From Candidatus Methanomethylophilaceae archaeon (lineage in GTDB: Archaea; Thermoplasmatota; Thermoplasmata; Methanomassiliicoccales; Methanomethylophilaceae), in the NCBI GenBank assembly GCA_050950505.1, contig JBMNHS010000001.1, positions 224,001 to 288,000 of the forward strand: 64,000 nucleotides of DNA. Reading direction: 5' to 3'. Position 1 is the first letter of the stretch. Each line of letters starts with the position of its first letter. Below the pieces are notes generated by a model that saw nothing but the letters and a program-made list of their open reading frames with translations, was not told the origin of the DNA and made no database searches. A program made the translations under genes and the position numbers. Shown in pieces: positions 60,649-64,000 of this stretch.

Positions 60649-61991
60649 CAGTAATGAAATTCGGAGGATCGAGTATGGCATCCTCCGACGCATTCAAGAA
60701 AGTGGCGGACATCATCGCATCAACGGAAGGAAACAAAGCGGTGGTCGTATCGGCGGTGGCCGGGGTCACGAACTTTCTGGTGGGTGCGGTGGAAGAAGAA
60801 ATTATTGATTACGAAGGGGTTCTGAAAACCTTCTCGGACAAACATACGGAGATAGCGGAACAGCTTTTCGACGAAGAATATATGGAAATCTTCCTCAAGG
60901 CTTTCGACGAGAGGATGGAATCCTTCGAGAACGCCCTCAGGGGAGACAGAAAGAACCCATACTATATGGATGCGATTTCTTCATCGGGAGAAAGATTTTC
61001 CTCTCTGATACTGGCACACCTTCTGAAATACATGGGGAAGGAATCGGTGCCCCTCACTTCGGCGGCGGCGGGAATATATGCGGCGGGTCTGCCTCTTTCC
61101 GGCCATGCCGACCTCAAACGCACCAAGGCTGAAGTGAACATGAAAGTCAAACCCATGCTTGAACAGGGAATAATCCCGGTCATAACGGGATTCTACGGCA
61201 TGAACGGCGACGGCAACCCTCTGACTTTCGGCCGCGGAGGTTCGGATTATTCCGGAGCCGTAATCGCCAACGCGTTGGAAGCCGACGAACTTCAGATATG
61301 GACGGATGTGGACGGATTCATGTCCGCGGACCCCCGCATGGTCACCGATGCGGTGCCCATAAAGGAAATGAATTACGGAGAGGCCGCCGAACTGGCATAT
61401 TTCGGAGCCAAGGTCCTTCATCCCAGAACCATAGAGCCGGTCAGACAGAGACACATCCCGGTGAGAGTTAAGAACACCTTCAATCCCGATTCTCCCGGTA
61501 CGTTCATCCACCACCTGAGAGGCCCCCAGAACGGCCTGCTGATGAGCGTTGCGGTGAAAACAGATCTGTCCATAATCACCATAAGCTCAGCGGAAATCGC
61601 GTTCCGCCCCAGCATCGTGGCCCACATAATCGAAAAATTTGCAGAGAGAAACGTGATAATATATTCGATATCCACCTCTCTGTCCACCGTTGCGTTCTTG
61701 TTGCACAACAACGACATGCAGGACGTCCTCAACCAATTGAACCATCTTGTGGAAACGGATATAGAGAAAATCAACGTTAAGAGTGATGTTGCCCTCGTCT
61801 GTTGCGTCGGGGACGACCTCTTGGACAAATGCGGAGTGTCGGGAGACATCTTCGGAGTGGTGAAGGAAGTCGGAACGAACGTGGAGATGATTTCCGAAGG
61901 GGCCTCGGACTCTTCCCTTAACTTTGTCGTGCCCATGGAAATGCTTGTAAGCACCGTAAGAGCTCTTCATGCTCAGTTTGTGAGGGAATGA
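60642..61991 (+). CDS. lysC: Aspartate kinase
   Basis: VMKFGGSS, VVSA, GRGGSDYS, WTDVDG, GAKVLHP, ACT domains. Confidence 0.95.
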   Translation: MLTVMKFGGSSMASSDAFKKVADIIASTEGNKAVVVSAVAGVTNFLVGAVEEEIIDYEGVLKTFSDKHTEIAEQLFDEEYMEIFLKAFDERMESFENALRGDRKNPYYMDAISSSGERFSSLILAHLLKYMGKESVPLTSAAAGIYAAGLPLSGHADLKRTKAEVNMKVKPMLEQGIIPVITGFYGMNGDGNPLTFGRGGSDYSGAVIANALEADELQIWTDVDGFMSADPRMVTDAVPIKEMNYGEAAELAYFGAKVLHPRTIEPVRQRHIPVRVKNTFNPDSPGTFIHHLRGPQNGLLMSVAVKTDLSIITISSAEIAFRPSIVAHIIEKFAERNVIIYSISTSLSTVAFLLHNNDMQDVLNQLNHLVETDIEKINVKSDVALVCCVGDDLLDKCGVSGDIFGVVKEVGTNVEMISEGASDSSLNFVVPMEMLVSTVRALHAQFVRE

Positions 61992-63250
61992 AAATGGAAG
62001 ACTACGAATCGGACAAAGGCAGAATGATTATCGGCGGAATGTACGCCGGAGACATTGCGGATGAGTTCGGCACCCCGGTTTACGTGACCGATGAGCAGAG
62101 ACTCAGGGCAAACTATCGCAGAATTTACGGTGCGTTCTCCAAAGAAATGAACACCGTAATCAATTATGCCTGCAAAGCCAACAGCAACCTTGCCATTCTC
62201 AGCATTCTCGAAGAGGAGGGATCCCACATAGACGCGGTGTCCATAGGCGAAGTCGAATCCTGCATGAAGGCGGGATTCACCGCCGACAGGATTCTTTACA
62301 CCGGGGTCAACGTCAGCAACGAAGAACTGAAAGCGGTTTCCGATTTGGGAGTCATGATTAACATCGACTCCGAATCCGAATTGGAAAGATTGGCGAAAAT
62401 CAAACAGGGTCACAAAATATCCATCAGGGTCAATCCCGACGTTGGAAGCGGACACAGCGATGCCGTCATAACCGGAAAAAAGGGAACCAAGTTCGGAATC
62501 CCTTCCGAAAAGGCCGTCGGGGTTTATGCCAGAGCCAAGGAACTCGGGTTTGACATCAAAGGGATTCACGCCCACATCGGTTCCGGAGGCAGTGACATAT
62601 ACCCCTTTATGGACGCCGCCGACGTGCTTTCCGAACTTACGAACGAAATCAAAGAAATCGGCATCGATTTGGATTTCATCGACATCGGAGGCGGATTCGG
62701 AGTTCCTTACAAAATGAACGAAGAACCTATGAGCATCGAGGAACTGGCCATAGAAGTCACCGACATCATAAAGATGCAGACCGACGTGGAAACGGTGTAC
62801 ATAGAACCCGGCAGATACATCGTGGCGGATTCCACCGTTCTGCTCACAAGATGCGTGGACGTCAAGAACCTGGGAGTGAAAAGTTTCGTGGGCGTTGATG
62901 CCGGAATGAACACTCTGGCACGTCCCGCCATGTACGGTTCCCACCACCATGTCGCCATCGCCGACAAATTCGGCAAAGCCTGCACTGCGAGATATGACGT
63001 TGTGGGTCCCATCTGCGAAACCGGAGATCATCTGGCATTGAACCGTGTTCTCCCCAATCCCGAAGAAGGGGACGTGGTCGTCGTTTACACCGCGGGGGCT
63101 TACGGATTTTCCATGTCCAGCAATTACAATTCGAGACCTCTGTGCAGGGAAGTGCTTGTGAACAACGGAAAGGCTGAACTCATACGTGAGGCACAGACCA
63201 TGGAAGATCTCTGGAAACACCAGAGGATACCCGAGAGGCTCAGGAAATGA
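61988..63250 (+). CDS. lysA: Diaminopimelate decarboxylase
   Basis: YACKAN, HIGS, GGGFG, EPGRY, CETGD, SNYN. Confidence 0.95.
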   Translation: MKMEDYESDKGRMIIGGMYAGDIADEFGTPVYVTDEQRLRANYRRIYGAFSKEMNTVINYACKANSNLAILSILEEEGSHIDAVSIGEVESCMKAGFTADRILYTGVNVSNEELKAVSDLGVMINIDSESELERLAKIKQGHKISIRVNPDVGSGHSDAVITGKKGTKFGIPSEKAVGVYARAKELGFDIKGIHAHIGSGGSDIYPFMDAADVLSELTNEIKEIGIDLDFIDIGGGFGVPYKMNEEPMSIEELAIEVTDIIKMQTDVETVYIEPGRYIVADSTVLLTRCVDVKNLGVKSFVGVDAGMNTLARPAMYGSHHHVAIADKFGKACTARYDVVGPICETGDHLALNRVLPNPEEGDVVVVYTAGAYGFSMSSNYNSRPLCREVLVNNGKAELIREAQTMEDLWKHQRIPERLRK

Positions 63251-64000
63251 TTTTCCTGAAATATCACGGACTGGGCAATGATTTCGTCATTCTTGACGGT
63301 ACCGACGGAAGGTTGGAAATCGACAACGAATGGTGCAAATGGGCCTGCGACAGAAACTTCGGAATAGGTGCCGACGGAGTCCTGTACGTCATGCCCGGAA
63401 AAAACACGGACATCACGATGAGGGTCATCAACGCCGACGGTTCCGAAGCCGAAATGTGCGGAAACGGCATCCGTTGCGTGGCAAAATACGCTTACGATTA
63501 CAATATAGTCGATAAAGAGAAATTCCTGATACACACCCTTGCCGGGGATTTGGAAGCCCTCGTTTCATTGGGGGAAGACGGCAGGGTATCTACGGTGACC
63601 GTGGATATGGGAGCGCCGGTGTTGGACGGGCGTTCCGTTCCCGTGAATCATGACGGAAAATTCGTCAACGAAGAATTCGACGCGGATTCCCTTAAACTCA
63701 GAGGCACCGCGGTGTCCATGGGAAACCCCCATTTCGTGACTTTCACGGAACTTGAAGATGAAACCGTCGACAGACTGGGACCCGTGATTGAAAAACACGG
63801 ATTTTTCCCTAACAGAACCAACGTGGAATTCTGTAAGGTTTCCGACGGCAAAATATACGTCCGCGTCTACGAACGCGGAGCCGCATGGACTTTGGCCTGC
63901 GGCACGGGTGCCTGCGCATCCACCGTCGCGGCGGCCTTGATCGGACTTGTTCCCTTCAACCTGCCGGTTGACGTAAAACTTCCCGGCGGATGGTTAAAAA
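63247..64000 (+). CDS. dapF: Diaminopimelate epimerase (truncated by window edge)
   Basis: MIFLKYHGLGNDF, EMCGNG, GNPH, ERGAAWTLACGTGAC. Confidence 0.93.
   Translation, partial: MIFLKYHGLGNDFVILDGTDGRLEIDNEWCKWACDRNFGIGADGVLYVMPGKNTDITMRVINADGSEAEMCGNGIRCVAKYAYDYNIVDKEKFLIHTLAGDLEALVSLGEDGRVSTVTVDMGAPVLDGRSVPVNHDGKFVNEEFDADSLKLRGTAVSMGNPHFVTFTELEDETVDRLGPVIEKHGFFPNRTNVEFCKVSDGKIYVRVYERGAAWTLACGTGACASTVAAALIGLVPFNLPVDVKLPGGWLK

Overview
Archaeal genomic window, most consistent with a Methanomassiliicoccales/Thermoplasmata methanogen. The evidence is the IPK-fni-GGPP synthase cluster, rpl18e-rpl13-rps9-rpoN-tRNA-Pro, RadB, Bud32 and BspA-LRR adhesin-like proteins; the taxon is inferred. Core blocks (about 2.6-14 kb and 48.5-64 kb, ending in a dap/lys operon) flank an AT-richer accessory region. 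Main observations: (1) A defence island at about 14.2-33.5 kb encodes a GmrSD-like nuclease, four tandem Type III Mod methyltransferases with different target-recognition regions, one Res subunit, a SNF2-like helicase, a DUF4391-like protein and a KAP NTPase interrupted by an in-frame amber codon. Three mod copies carry poly-G tracts (G11, G19, G12), two of which are currently out of frame, which suggests a phase-variable multi-specificity R-M switchboard in an archaeon. (2) A compact E1-Ubl(GG)-E2-JAB (Rpn11-like) operon at 51.8-53.8 kb resembles a ubiquitin conjugation system with no visible E3. (3) Also present are an IS110 element, a tandem HEPN-like membrane protein, a putative ART-like toxin gene pair and two LRR adhesins with exact 69-bp repeats. 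All assignments come from motif recognition by eye; no searches were run.
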